Assembly (NCBI GenBank): GCA_951406725.2
Contig: OX597817.1
Location: forward strand, 164,052,001-164,116,000
DNA length: 64,000 nucleotides
Direction: 5' to 3'
DNA from: Octopus vulgaris
Taxonomy: Eukaryota
A program made the translations under genes and the position numbers. The notes below the pieces were generated by a model. It did not search any database. It saw nothing but the letters and a program-made list of their open reading frames with translations, and was not told where the DNA came from. Positions 1 through 14,832 of the stretch are shown here, one piece after another. Positions within the stretch are counted from its first letter, which is position 1; each line of letters opens with the position of its first letter.

Positions 1-392
1 GCGGTGCTCCAGCATGGCCGCAGTCAAATGACTGAAACGAGTAATAAAAAAAACAGAGAATGAAACAAACTCACCCAACAAGAACTCACTACTTGAACAA
101 AACTTGACTTAAACAGGATTCGAATAATCCTATCAGGTGGTGCTATTAAGTTAGACATGGCCTGGACCAATCTCTGGTCGAAACATATCTAAGTTTATCT
201 AAGTTTATTCACTTTAAATGAATCATTTAAAATCATATATTTTCTTCAAAAGTGTTCTTCATATATTCATAGCTGTTTTGTCAATTTTAAATTTTGCGAA
301 TGAACACGCTGCCTGGAAAAGACAAGAGTGTCCACGGTCGAAACGTTATGTCAATAACAACCAAGATTATAAGAACACTAGGCTGAATATAT

Positions 393-807
393 ACTCTTTT
401 TACTCTTTTACTCTTTTACTTGTTTCAGTCATTTGACTGCGGCCATGCTGGAGCACCACCTTTAGTCGAGCAAATCGACCCCGGGACTTATTCTTTGTAA
501 AGCCCAGTACTTATTCTATCGGTCTCTTTTTGCCGAACCGCTAAGTGACGGGGACGTAAACACACCAGCATCGGTTGTCAAGCGATGGTGGGGGAACAAA
601 CACAGGCACACAAACACATACACACACACATACACATATATATATACATATATACGACAGGCTTCTTTCAGTTTCCGTCTACCAAATCCACTCACAAGGC
701 ATTGGTCGGCCCGGGGCTATAGCAGAAGACACTTGCCCAAGTTGCCACGCAGTGGGACTGAACCCGGAACCATGTGGTTGGTAAGCAAACTACTTACCAC
801 ACAGCCA
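393..807 (-). mobile_element. SINE family A (tRNA-like head, internal TA/TG microsatellite, (GAGTAAAA)n tail). Other copies: 1-45, 2473-2922(+), 20665-20870(-), 22690-22920(+), 24668-25073(-), 26880-27280(-), 29940-30335(-), 37605-37930(-), 40668-41080(-), 45760-46203(-), 48661-49065(-), 62980-63160(+)
   Basis: Dispersed near-identical copies; A-box GTGGCTGTGTGG and B-box GGTTCAGTCCC; simple-repeat tail. Confidence 0.9.
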
Positions 808-2029
808 GAGTATAATAATAATACACTGGGCTAAAAATTTCTATTAACTAAAATTATTCTTGCACTAGACATAAACTCCTTCAAAGAGTACTTAAAATCT
901 AAAAACAATGCTCAACTAAAAAAAATTATACAAATTCATTAACTGGAACTCGCTGCCACCGAACCATAGCTAGCAAAATAGAAAATAACTTCATAAAAAC
1001 GATTTAAGCGGTGAACAAATAAACAACATGCAAAAACTACCACTAATTACTCCAGGTAAACAGGTTACGAAATAATCCAACAAAAGCGAGAAAAACGAGA
1101 TATCGGAAATAGAACAATAGCTGAAATAGAACCAGGTAAACAAGAAAACTTCGAAATAACAAAACAATCTATAGATAAACAACAGCGAAGACCACCAATG
1201 CAAAAATAGTACCAACAGCAAATCAACAAATGAAATTACTCTAACTATAAATAACGCCTTTAAATTCAACAACGAAACAGCTTTGGAAGCTAACAGTGAA
1301 AGCGTTAGCTATAGACAACAACCCTAAAATGCAACATAACAAAACAATATCTAGAAATCAACTGATATTGTCAAAGGACCCACCCTATTAAAATATATAC
1401 AACCAAAAGAAAATAGTTCTCACCTGAAGATTACAGTGGCATAAAACTCGAGTAGCAAGAAATAGAATACTTTTAGAGTAAACAGTATTCACTGAGGCAT
1501 ATATTGAATACACTCTTCTTGATAGAGAGTATCGCAGACAGAACTCTGAAAAAGGGCTCTGTCTGTGAGAAATTTAAAGGAAAGGGGGAAAGATAAACTC
1601 AGATTATTTAAAGATATATTTTATGCAAAACGCGGAGTAAATCAGAAATAGTGAAATAGTTTACATATTGGAAAGTATTTAACTGTGATAATGAAGTTGT
1701 CTGTGTATGGAAGGTTTGGTAGCCTTCAACTAATACTATCTCCTCCGAGACCTTGCGACGCAAGTTGACCAAAATTGAGAGTATGATGGAAGAAGGCTTG
1801 CTCTTCCTTCCGTAAAAGAAAAAATTCAAATCAGACCATGTTAACACCAAAGATTATTTACATCAAAAAGGTGCTTTTTTTCTATGAAAATCCCTATTTT
1901 TTACGATGTTTTGACTGCTGTGTCGCCATTTTTCGGTGTATTTCAACCAGAAAATGTTCACTTATAGAGAATAACAAGCTACATAATGCAATTTTTTTAC
2001 TTTTCAAACATTCCAGTTCTGAAGGGTCG

Positions 2030-2064
2030 AAACAAACCCGAGCAACGCCGGGCGATACTGCTAG
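2030..2064 (+). mobile_element. Helitron 3' terminus of the same family (5' extent unclear)
   Basis: ACAAACCCGAGCAACGCCGGGCGATACTGCTAG|T. Confidence 0.65.
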
Positions 2065-2623
2065 TAAGATATAAACACGTTCCCTCTATGTTTTCAACAT
2101 ACTGAAAATAGGGGAGTGAGAATCTCCTTACAGACAGTTTAACGAGTAGTTGTTCACGCCTCATGGAAGACGCAGCCAATCTCCTTCCTCAATCGATAGC
2201 ACCGAACGCTTGGCTACTATATATATAGCAGTCGACGACTAAGCTTGTTATCGTGGTAGATAGCTTAAATAGCATGGTTTTGCTTTAGACTGTTAGTTCG
2301 TTATCGCAGATAAAAAACCCAGGATGAACATATTCATATCTTTCATAGATACGGACATTAATGAGAAATCTTTTTAGCACGAAGGGCCAAAATTTTAATT
2401 TCTGTAATAATTCTGTTATTGAATTGTTATTTACACAAATATATGTATTTTAACTTTAGGAAAATGTTTAAAGGTAGGCATAGGAGTGGCTGTGTGGTAA
2501 GTAGCTTGGGCAAGTGTCTTCTATTATAGCATTGAACCGACCAAAGCCTTGTGAGTGGATTTGGTAGACGGAAACCGAAAGAAACCCGTCTTATGTATGT
2601 ATGTATGTATGTATGTATCTATG

Positions 2624-2699
<76 letters not shown>

Positions 2700-3171
2700 A
2701 GTGTGTGTGTGTATGTGCGTGTGTCTGTGTTTGTCCCTCCAATATCGCTTGACAACCGATGCTGATGTGTTTACGTCCCCGTAACTTGGCGATTCGGCAA
2801 TAGAGACAGATAGAATAAGTACTAGGCTTACAAAGAATAAGTCCTGGTGTCTATTTGCTCGACTAAAGGCGTTGCTCCAGCATGGCCACAGTCAAAATGG
2901 CTGAAACAAGTAAAAGAGTAAAGGTATTTTTTATAACATAATTTTACAGGAATATCTTTTTTTCCAAAGTCAAAATTTCACCTCAAACCAGTGGTTTCTC
3001 ACTGCTGACATAGATGCTATAACGCTTGCAATAAATGGACTAATGTGATGAATAAGAGATAAAGCTTCTCCGATTGTAATATCACTACTGAGTAAATGGG
3101 CGGGAAAATTAAACTATTACCAAGAATTAGAATGCATGTATTTGAGAATATTATTATAATACTAAGCATGT

Positions 3172-3657
3172 TTGTATGCCCTATGAGGGTAGTCGATCAG
3201 CCAAGGCTGGAGGTGTTCGACAATGACTGTCTCTGCCGCATTCTTTGCTGTCGACGCATTGATCGGGTTCCTACAGAGGGACTTCGTCATCGCTTGAATC
3301 TCCAGCCCCTCCCTTCGGTGCTTCTACAATGGCGCTTAAGGTGGTTCGGTCATGCGGCCCGGCGTCCAGAGGGTGAGCTGATTCGCGATGTCCTCCTCCA
3401 CCTCCCCTTCCCAACTGGCGCAAACGCACGGGTGGGCAGCTGAAGACCTGGGCAACGACGATAATGGAGGACCTCTCCGAACTCTCGGGTGGTTGATCTA
3501 CGCAGATGGAACCGCGAATGGCTCGCTATCTCCAGTGACCTCGCACAGGACCGTCGAGCGTGGGCCGCCATGGTTCGTGATGCCGTCAGGACCAGAGAAG
3601 AAGCCGGCTCAACCCGCCCTGAGAGAACGCCGTCACAAGTACAAGTACAAAGTAAGT
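3172..3657 (+). mobile_element. RTE-clade LINE 3' end
   Basis: RLEVFDNDCLCRIL...RLRWFGHAARRP...WRKRTGGQLKTW, ending in a (TACAAG)n tail. Confidence 0.85.
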
Positions 3658-3659
3658 CT

Positions 3660-3925
3660 TCTTGACTTGTCTTGAGACAGCATTCACCCAGGGCTGGTTG
3701 AGCTGGCTTCATTCATCCTCAATGCTGCATCTTTCACAAACGCCGACCAAACCTGGCGATTTGAGGCTAACGACCGCGTGATCACCAACCACTCATTCCA
3801 ACGGCGAACGCCGTAGATATAGGGGCTTAGGTTGGGTTCCAGATCAGCCTTGACCGTCATCAACCAAGTTTTTCGTTGTCCACCACATCGCTTTCGCCAA
3901 CCCTGAAGGGGAGCTGGGGCAATTG
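3660..3925 (-). mobile_element. Second RTE 3' end (related subfamily), tail-to-tail with the previous one
   Basis: Minus strand GWRKRCGGQRKTWLMTVKADLEP..., with a CAAG-type tail. Confidence 0.7.
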
Positions 3926-4517
3926 CTTCGTAGATGCATGTTTGTATGTATGTCTCGTTTTTAATTCTTTTACTTATTCAATTGTGAGCCTTGCTTGTAA
4001 CAATGACAACAAATTCGATCATTGTAATTCAGATAACGACAAAAATATAGAATTTTATCTTGAAATAGAGAAAGGTCTTGCATATTTTCATTTTTACTTT
4101 ACGTATTGATTTTACAGCAGACAAGTTAGATGATCTTTTTCTTTGTCTGAAACCCAGACTGTTGTTTTAATACTAAGTATCATAAACAAGTATACCAGCG
4201 ACTGACTATACGTACGAATGTAATATATAATCTGAAACGAGTTGCAGATTTCCAAACAGATGACTATAAAATTTCTCTTCTTGCTAAATTTGAAACGCTT
4301 ACATCCATTCGAGCAGCTAACCCCCATATTATTATTTAGTTTATGTGTTCTGTCGTAGACATCTAAGTCTGTTGGGTGAACGTTTTAATAGGAACGTTCC
4401 ACTATTTCTTGTGTGGGATGTATGTATATGCCATAATATATATATATATATATATGCAACTATGTTTGTATGTATGTATGTATGTATGTATGAATGCATC
4501 AATATACACGCATGTGA

Positions 4518-4555
<38 letters not shown>

Positions 4556-5145
4556 ACATATAAACATTTCTATACACACCCCTACATGTATGAATGTAAG
4601 TATGTACGTCTATTTCTTTTAGTTATTGGAATTCAGGTTTTTAACAAAGAAACAAAAGTCTTTTTGCTGGAAATTGGGTGGCAACAAACATAAGAATTAT
4701 GTTAAACTTTAGAAAAGTCTTGCATATTTTTACTGTTCTCCTTATAGATTGTGTTTGCAAAATGCATGTTAGCTGGTCTATGTGCATCTCTGATCACGAG
4801 CAGAAGTAGTGGGGGTGCATCATAGCCGTGTATTGAAAGGAATTCTTTGAGGTTTGGATAATTCACCTTTGGAAACTTGAGTGGTTCGTTCAACATCCTT
4901 AAACAACCCTTGTTCAGGGACCTTTTGAGTGGGATGAGCTACTCGACCAGAAGAAAATTCTAACTGGACCCCACCTGCAAGGTCATGCGCTGTTTATCTT
5001 GATATGAGATCACCATGTCGCACACATATGGTTGTGATGCATGTGCCTGGTGCACCCTTATCAGATGTGTAGTCATGTTGGGTATACTGGGGTTCGTATA
5101 TTTTACCCCAGTGTCATTTTGATGGCAAGCACTGCTCTCTCACTC

Positions 5146-5213
<68 letters not shown>

Positions 5214-6432
5214 CAACAACAACAGCAACAGCAGCAACAATAACAACAGCAACAATAATAATAATAATAATAATAAAGATAAAAATAATGATAACAATAT
5301 TAATAAGGTTAGTTGCCTAAAGCGTTAACAAGCGTGTACAGTGGCATTTCTTCCTCTCAAAAGCTGCCGGCCCTGTGCCAAAATTTGAAACCATTAATAT
5401 TAAAAAGGCTAACTGGCAGAACTGTTACCGCGCCAGGAAAAAAGCTTAACGGCGAGCTGGCAGAAATACTTAGCGGTATTTCGTCAGCCGTTACGTTCTG
5501 AGTTCAAATTCCGCCGAGGTCGACTTTGCCTTTCATCCTTTCGGGGTCGACAAATTAAGTACCAGTTACGCACTGGGGTCGACGTAATCGACTTAATCCC
5601 TATGTCTGTCCTTGTTTGTCCCCTCTGTGTTTAGCCCCTTGTGGGTAGTAAAGAAATAGGTATTTCTACCGACTTTATGCGCTAAGTTCAAAATCTGTCG
5701 TGGTTGTCTATGCCTTTCATCCTTTCAGAATTCGTAAAACAAGTACCAGTTGAACTCTGGGGTCGATTTAATCAACTTGCTGCCTCGTCAAATACTTCAG
5801 GCCGTTTACCTATAGGAGAAAGGATCATTGTCGTTATTCTCAGCTTACTTCCAATCCCTCAAAATTGCTTTTGAGTCTGAACGTCGACAGTCTTAAATCT
5901 TAGAACCATTTACCTTCCAGTCAGTTCATGATGAATACGTAAATGACTTGTATTAACCAAGCGCTAATACATCAAAGTGCGAATTAATGTTTGAAAAATC
6001 AGCTGAAGAAAACTGATATCAGCGGAGTGAATTGTAGGTGCTAACGTAGATATACCTAAGACAAAAACAGAGCAAATGACACATATACAGTGTGAGTATT
6101 GCATTGCGTAAACATTGACAGTGTAGGAGGGATGCCAATTCGAGGTGTTTGAAATAAAACGGCTAATGGTGTCAGCTAACATACCTAGAGACTACACAAA
6201 CCGGTTAGAACCACTTCTTGCTGTCAGCTTTTGATTTCATTCAGCTTACTCTTAAATACACGGAAACATATACATACACGAGACGAGTTAGTGGGTGGAT
6301 ATTCAGTAAGGCGGATTACATAGGTGTACGTGTATACACACACTCGCTCATATATGTGTGTACATATGCATAGTTGTATGTATGTATGTATGTATGTATG
6401 TATGTATGTATGTATATATGTATATGTATATA

Positions 6433-6484
<52 letters not shown>

Positions 6485-6543
6485 TACATATATATTATAT
6501 ACATATATACATATATACATATATATATATGTACATATACATA

Positions 6544-6591
<48 letters not shown>

Positions 6592-6607
6592 CATATATAC
6601 ATATATA

Positions 6608-6655
<48 letters not shown>

Positions 6656-6810
6656 TATAAGCATGAGTTTATATAAATATGAACGCATATATACACATAT
6701 ATGTACATATCTTTATGTGTATGTGGATATGTATATACATGTATACACATGTATGCTACATGAACATACACACACATATATATATATAAAATATATATAT
6801 GTGTGTGTGC

Positions 6811-6845
<35 letters not shown>

Positions 6846-6955
6846 AGCTGAGTGAATCAAACAAACAATTCGAGGCATACATAAGTATATGCGCCTGTGT
6901 ATGTGTGTGCGTGTACGCACACGCACGCATGCCCACAACATACACACAAATACAT

Positions 6956-6989
<34 letters not shown>

Positions 6990-7602
6990 ATGTGTATTTA
7001 CACACACACACACACACAAATTCTCTGAGATACATTGAAAATTCTGGTTTCAGCTGTTTCAAGTGCTACCTTTGTCGCGCATTAGTTGACCGAAATTTCT
7101 GTAAAAATGTTTTTATCCCAATAGTTGATAGTTTTGTGCGTGTGTAAGGACGTGTATATTCACACGCGTACACTCTTTTTGTGTGTGTGTGTGCAAATTT
7201 TGCATATCCGTTACAAAGAATATAAACGTTCTGTTGTTACAAATCTGGCATTTAAGCAGAATTAGCATGGCACTCAGTCGGCCATTGTCAATCTGCCAGG
7301 CAACGCCGGGTATTAGTTTGTGCATGCGTGTATATGTGTGCATGTGCTTGCGTGTATGTGAGGAGAGAAAGGAAAAGAAAGCAAAAGGAGAAAGGAGGAA
7401 ACTATGAGTAGCGACTCATGCGTACTCAGAGTTTTACAATATATGTGTATATGTGTGTGTGTGTATCTATTCGTCGTAGTGTTAGTTTAAAATAGCAATT
7501 TATAGACCATACTCAAAGTAGATACATCTTTGAAAGCCTGGTAAACTGTGGTATTCGATCCGAAATAGCATCTCGTTTAACGCTCGTGAAGAATGGAAAT
7601 GT

Positions 7603-7638
7603 CTTTTACGTTTCGAGCCTAGGCTCATCGACAGAAAG
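7603..7638 (-). ncRNA. Degenerate minimal hammerhead motif with the same layout as 21862
   Basis: Minus strand CTTT-CTGTCGA-T-GAGC(CTAG)GCTC-GAAA-CG-TA-AAAG. Core A6 is replaced by T. Confidence 0.5.
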
Positions 7639-9396
7639 GATTAAGAGCGGAAAAAATGGAGAGAGAAAAATGTGCAGAATTCAATGGTCAACATGGAAAG
7701 ATATATATGTATATGTATATATCTATGTATGAGTTTCTGTATTTGTCCCCACCTCCACCTATTGACAACTGGTGCTGGTATGTTTATGTCCCTGTCAGAT
7801 AGTGGTTCGGCGAAAGAGATCTATAGAATAAGTACCAAGCTTGAAAAACAGTAGTGGGGTCGATAAAGATAAAAGTTATATGCATGTGTGTGTGTGTGTG
7901 CACTAATGCATACATACATACGTATATATGTATACAAACGCACATACCTAAAGTGAATCAGTGGGTGAGAGTAGAGGCCATGGGGATATGACATTCGGGA
8001 GAGTAACCAATGATCATCGAGTGCTTTCACCGTCCCTTGTAGTTTCAACAATGTCAGTGCATATGGAAGATCAGCTCAGCTTCACATTTTGCACACATAA
8101 TAACGGATACATATAATATGCTTTGGGTATATAGCAATGTCACAGCTGCATTTTACATCAATGACATCGATTTTATTACCCTTGAGTTCATTGATCCTTT
8201 TGAAGCACTTAAACCGCAGAAAAACTATTTCTTCGATCGAGGAGAAAATGCTCAAGGTCGTTATGTACATTGAGTAGTCCTTCATTATTATCCCAGCATG
8301 GCATTTTTGTACTGAACTCTTCGGACATGACAACATATAGACCATAAACTATAAATGTTTATTGACAGCATTTATATACGCTCAGTATGCCGTTTTTAAA
8401 TACATTTAACTCGATAGGATGCAGTCACGTACGCTTGAAGCATTGAATTCAGTTTGTAAATTATATTCTACAGGTTCCTACAAATTACATTGAAAACCTA
8501 TGGAGCTCATCAAGGTTTGTTCGTTCTATAACTGATTAAATTGACACGTTATAAATTTGCTCGCGATCCACTATAAAATATCATCGCAGAAATGCGGTTA
8601 TTATAGTTTTGTGCATTTAAAAAAAAACTCGAGAAAATCTTAAACATTTTCATTCTTTATATATAATTCAACTACGGTAGCAATTGAATAATATTCTTAA
8701 GGTCGCAATTTACTCACACGCAGCATCTTACAAAGCTTGTCGCTAATTCAGTTCTTAACCAAATTGAAACATGTTAACATATTTGAAGAGGACTGGTCCC
8801 TAGCTACATTTTGGCGTTAAAAAAATTGAGATTTGACCCAGTAGAAAAAAGTTTATATCAAAATTTGTTGCAACGTTATAGTGGAGTAAGTAACGCCTCC
8901 AGTCAAGTTTAGATCTAAATAACTTTTTTTTATTTTAAAAGCAATATATATTTATCTTAGCTTCAATGACAGAAGAAAGCCTGAGGAATTTCATAGTTTT
9001 GGTCCCATGCAACAAAAATTTGCATAAAAAGAGTTGTGAGGTAAAATATCATGAAAAAATATAAGTAAGGCAAAAAATTGGATTTAAGTATAATTAACTT
9101 TTTTTATTTTAAAATCAAACTATATTTTAATTAAGCTTAAATGATAGAGCTCAATTCGAGGAATTTCATGGTATCAATCTCATACAATGAAGTTTTAAAA
9201 GAAAAAAAGTTATGAATGTTTGTTTCTCAAATTTGAGGGTGATAATATAGTTCTATACTTTTTTATGAATATAGTTCTATACGGGGACTTTTAATATATG
9301 TCACCGACATCATTGAGGTAAGGAAAAAGTTGTCAACGACACTGCTAATTGACACATTATTAATTAGCATAATAGCATAGCCTGGAAAAAACATGA

Positions 9397-10222
9397 ATTA
9401 CGTGGGAAAATGCGAGCAAGAGAAATAATGTTCTTAGAATTTTAATCCTGAAAAATTACAGGACAACTTATTACATCTTGTAAAGTACAGAACAAGAAAA
9501 ATTTTTACTTAAAATATTGCAGCTAAGGATAGTATTTGAATGCTAAAAATTATTTGATTTTAATTTACAAAGTAACATAATTGAAAAAAGGTACCATCAT
9601 TTTGTTAAAATATTGACATACTAGAATACTTAAAAAATAAGAGCAAGAAGTACCAATATAGCTAAAGTTTCATTTAAAGTAGAACAGTGTATATGGTAGG
9701 CTAATTCATTATGTAAAAAATAGGCATTGTGTCAAGACTAAAAATATGAAGACCTGGTAATAACTCAGGAAATAACTCAAGCAAATTATGCTGTGAATTT
9801 GTTGTTGTAGGTAGATTTTATTGTAATATATAACTAATTTTTGTATTATTCTATCTATTGTACTCACTAATGATATACTACTATTATTTTTTATAACCTA
9901 TTTTCAAATTTCTAATTATTATATATTATTTAAAAAATGAATTTTTTTGAAGTGCCAAAAATATTTTGGTTTATTTTTTTTAATTTTTAATAGAAGTAAC
10001 AAGTAATAAGAGATAGAAGTAATAACTTGTAATAAAATTTTGAGTTTTAATAAAAGCTAATATTTTCTAAATCTAAATATTTTATTTGAAATTTTATCCT
10101 TAGCTGCAATATTTTGAGTAAATTTTTTGTTCTATGCTTTACCAGACGTAATAAGTTGTCCTGAACTTTTCCTGTACTTTCTTAGGAATATTATTTATCT
10201 GGCTCACATTTTTTCCATGTGA
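9397..10222. mobile_element. AT-rich fold-back/MITE with ~140-bp imperfect TIRs; TIR fragment repeated at 11357-11397
   Basis: AAAATATTGCAGCTAAGGATA / TATCCTTAGCTGCAATATTTT and CAGGACAACTTATTAC / GTAATAAGTTGTCCTG. Confidence 0.65.
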
Positions 10223-11096
10223 TATATATTTATGTATGATTTTATTTCTACATGTTTTCTATAGCGTTCAGAGCCAACACTGAATGTTACGGCGTTACAA
10301 ATACAAATATGTATATGTAAACAATGCGATCAAATATAGAACAATACTTAATGCGTGTATATGCATATTTCAAGAGTTATTGCTCTTTCATCAGCACCGC
10401 GTCCCACACATCGAATATACACGAATGCATTGCTTAAATACCTACTAAGTTTAGCGGTGTAACAGTATTGGATAGACCAATTTACATATCAACTGCTAGC
10501 AAGAACACAGTATTTTATTTTTAACCATAATATACTAACAAGTATATTAAAGGAATACGTTTAATACGTAAATTGGTTTATCCAGTAGTGTAACTTTCAA
10601 TGCTTGCTTTGAGCTATACAGAAAATTTGTGGAGATAAACTTCAAAATGAGAACATCGCACTGCTAACACAAGGTAAAACACAATATTGACTTGTAAGCC
10701 TTTACTGTACTTGGTAGTATATTATGGTCGCAAAACAGAATGTGCCCTTGCAAGCAATTATATACATGAGGAGCGTCGCTTAGTAGTTGCGATATTCGAC
10801 TCAGGATTATAAGGTCATGAGTTCAATTCCCGGCGACGCGTTGTGTCTCTGAGCAAGACACTTTATTTTCATGTTTCTCCAGTCCCCTCAGCTGACAAAA
10901 ATTAGTAGTACCTGTATTTCAATGTGCCAGCCTTGTCACACTCTGTGTCACGCCGAATCTCCCTGAAAACTGCGTTAAGGGTGCACACGTTCGTGGAATG
11001 CTCAACCACTTGCACGTTAATTTCACGAGCAAGCTGTTCCGTTGATCGTATCAGCTGGTACCCTCGTCTTCGTAACCGACGGAGTGCTGCTCCTTT

Positions 11097-11163
<67 letters not shown>

Positions 11164-11400
11164 ACATACATACATATATACATATACACATGCATACATA
11201 CGTACGTACGTACGTACATACATATATACATACATACACACACACATACATACATACATACATACACACACATACATACATACATACATACATACATACA
11301 TACATACATACATACATACGTACATGACACCTAAAGAATATTACAGCCGAATAAAGAAAATGCGAGCAAGAGAAATAATGTTCTTAGAATTTTAATCTCT

Positions 11401-12660
11401 GCATTCAATAAAACAGTGGCCCACAATGTGTTTGCAGTGCCAGTTCTCATACCAACATTTGGCTGCTTCATTGGACGCTTGATGAGATCCGAGCCATTAA
11501 TGTGAAAACCCGAAAAATACTAACAATCATACATAATTTCCACATAAACAGTGACGTAGACCGCCTCTACCTAAAACGTAGACAAGGCGGCAAAAGCTTA
11601 ACATCGATCCAAAATGCCTTTAAATGTCACATCATATCCCGTCGGCAACATCTTTTAACCACCAAGCGCCGAAGTGTATCCCTTGACCAAGTTTGCATAC
11701 ATGAGGTTAATAACATCATAAGACTTGGAAGGCAGCTCCTTAAGCAACACTCTTTGTTTGATAAGCTAGAATACATGCCCAAAGAAGTCGCACGACTGTA
11801 CCGTAACGTATTATCAGATGAAAGGATGAGCCTATATGAGCAGATGACTATGCATGGATATGTTAGTAGAAAGCTCCTTGATGATAGTAACAACGATCAT
11901 CAAAGCAGTTTATCATGGACGAATAGCCGGATTACTACCTCCCGCTTTGAAGGGTATGCGTTTGCAATCCAGGAACAGGAAATATCAACCAATGGATAAA
12001 AGGGATAAAGATGCGGGAAAAGCCGTAAAATGTGACAACCGGTGCAAACATTGTGGAGTTCACACTGAAGATATCTCCCACGTCATAAGCAGTTATACGA
12101 AAATGGCATCACGGTATTATCTACCGATGAGACATGACATTGTAGCTAGGACACTCTATAATGAAATCCGTCGGAAGGATAATCTCGAGGACAAAGAAAT
12201 AAAAACCGACAACATGGTAGAAAACATACCCACTCATAATGAAAAGTACCAGTGAAGACCTCGATAAAATGTAAGCGCAACAGACCTGATATAGAGAAAC
12301 TGTGCACAGTATGGAAATTAGCTGCCCAGCGGATGTTAACATAAAGCTGAAGATCAATGGAAAAGAGAACACCTATGCTGAACTACTGAGAAATCTGCAG
12401 TTATTCTATCCAGATTACAAGTTCAGGTTCATGCCTGTAATTATTGGAGCTTTGAGATATGTAACACACTGCCTAGATACCAATCTTGAGAAATTAGGCT
12501 TCTCAAAACCAGAAAGGGGAAAGCTAATTCGAAGACTACAGATCCAACCCATCACTGGAACTGTAAAAATTTATAAAACTTTCCAGAAGTTTATCATTTA
12601 AATATATATGAGCGTGTCTAGATATGTAACTATATGCATGAGAAGACATTAATACATACA
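11401..12660 (+). mobile_element. R4/Dong-clade non-LTR retrotransposon, 5'-truncated and degenerate
   Basis: VDRLYLKRRQGG, FAIQEQEI, Zn knuckle CKHC-x8-H, RHDIVAR, RPD, EISCP, PVIIGAL (restriction-like endonuclease); ends in (TACA)n. Confidence 0.85.
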
Positions 12661-13946
12661 TACACACACACATACATACATACATACATACATACATACA
12701 TACACACACATACATACATACATAGATATATATATATATACATACATACATATATATATACATATATATACATACATACATACATACATATATACATACA
12801 TATATATATATATAAGTTCGTTTACAGGAAATGTTTTTGAGCACGGGTTTAAAAGCTCCTATTTCATTATGCCGGGGATACTACATAACTTCCAACACCA
12901 GTTTTATGGGGCTGTGCCGAGCTGAGCGATACAACGTAAAATAAATATTCTAATGATAATAATATTAATAATAATAATACATGGATGGAATTTATAAAAT
13001 ATTTTAAAATTCCATCCATGGATTACTATTGTAATTACTATATTGTTATTACTATATTACGGCTTTTTTTCAATAAATTTTATTCAACAGAAACAATAAC
13101 AATATTTAACAAAAGCATCTTTAAATGACGGTCTGACCGTCTGTCAAGTAAATGGGACGCAGTAATTGACGTAGACGATGAATATGCTCTGGAATAATCA
13201 TTTAAAGATGTTTTTGTTACATGCTGTTATTGTTTTTGTTGAACAAAATTTGTTGAAAAAAGCCGCAATAATTATGCACCAACCCAAATACACACACACA
13301 CACAGATAGAATAAGCAGCAAACCTTCAAATAAATTCTGGCGTAGATTCGTTCAACTAAGAAATCTTCAAGGTGTTGCTCCAGCATATCGTCAGTCCAAT
13401 AACTGAAACAAGTAAAAGATAAAAGATAACTCAATGTAGTCAACTGACTTTTGTAAAACAAGAAAATATAAACACATTCTCAAAGGATATTATGTACACT
13501 TCACTTATTATTGATATCGCATAACCAACTTGTTATCATTCACTGTTGTATTTTCAAAGTTATATTTCTTAACCTGCACATTTATGATTGATGTTGTAAA
13601 CTAAGATCTGTCGCATTTATGATTGATGTTGTAAACTAAGATCTGTCGCATTCTTTGTTTGAATTCTGTCATATTTCAAACCCTATACGGACGAACTTTG
13701 TCTGTTTAATTAATATTGAATTAATGTACCAACAAGACCGGAAGATGTCTATTTTCTGTTGGCATATAGGAAATAAAGGAAAACTGATATATAATTTATA
13801 TTTGGTGCTGTCATCTCCCACCATTTCTTTAATTTCCTAAAGCTCCAATACTTTCAATTTCCAACACACACGCACACACACACACATGCACGCACACATG
13901 CACACACACACAAATGCACTCAATTATGTATAAACAAAATGCACTC

Positions 13947-13987
<41 letters not shown>

Positions 13988-14073
13988 TATATTATATACA
14001 CTCATATATATGTATGTGCATGTATGTGGGCATGTATGTATATATATATATATTTGTGTATGTGCGTGTTTAT

Positions 14074-14184
<111 letters not shown>

Positions 14185-14751
14185 TACAGAGAGAGATAAG
14201 TATATTGGTAGATAGATAAAATATAGAAATATATTGTGTATGTGTGTGTGTGTTTGTGTGTATGTATGCATGTATGTATGTAAACGTTTGTACATATATC
14301 TGTATGTATAGTAGTGTAGATGATGATAGTGGTTGTAGCCGTGATTGTAGTTGTATTAGTAGTGATGATGATGGTGGTACGAGTGATGCTAGTGATAGTA
14401 GTAGTAGTAGTAATATATGTGTCACCATTATGCACGCGTGCATACGTCTGTGAGTGTTTATACGTGTATTTGTCCATTTATACGTGTATATGCATATTTA
14501 TGCCTGTATGTATGTTCGTGTTTATATGGATGGATGGATGGATGGATGGATGGATGGATGGATCGATCGATCGATCGATCGATCGAAGCACACAGTTACA
14601 AAACAGTTACAAAATGTTCATCTGAGAAGTCATGAACGGAAAGTCAAAAATTCTATTGACAAGAAAGCAGAGGGACGGTAATCATATGTGAAGATAGAAC
14701 AATCATCACGTATGTGCACATGTACATACGTTAATAATAATAATAATAATA

Positions 14752-14824
<73 letters not shown>

Positions 14825-14832
14825 TAATAATA

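Noticed and set aside
310-356. GAC...GTC-GAAAC-GTTAT-GTC possible hammerhead
   Set aside because: The upstream core (CTGGAAA) does not match CUGANGA and stem I is absent.
8082-8345. 87-aa non-repetitive minus-strand ORF
   Set aside because: No recognisable motif or convincing splice structure; possibly a decayed transposon but cannot be supported.
12981-13020. 14-bp-arm hairpin CATGGATGGAATTT...AAATTCCATCCATG, and a 35-bp tandem duplication near 13579-13652
   Set aside because: Isolated local duplications with no further structure or context.
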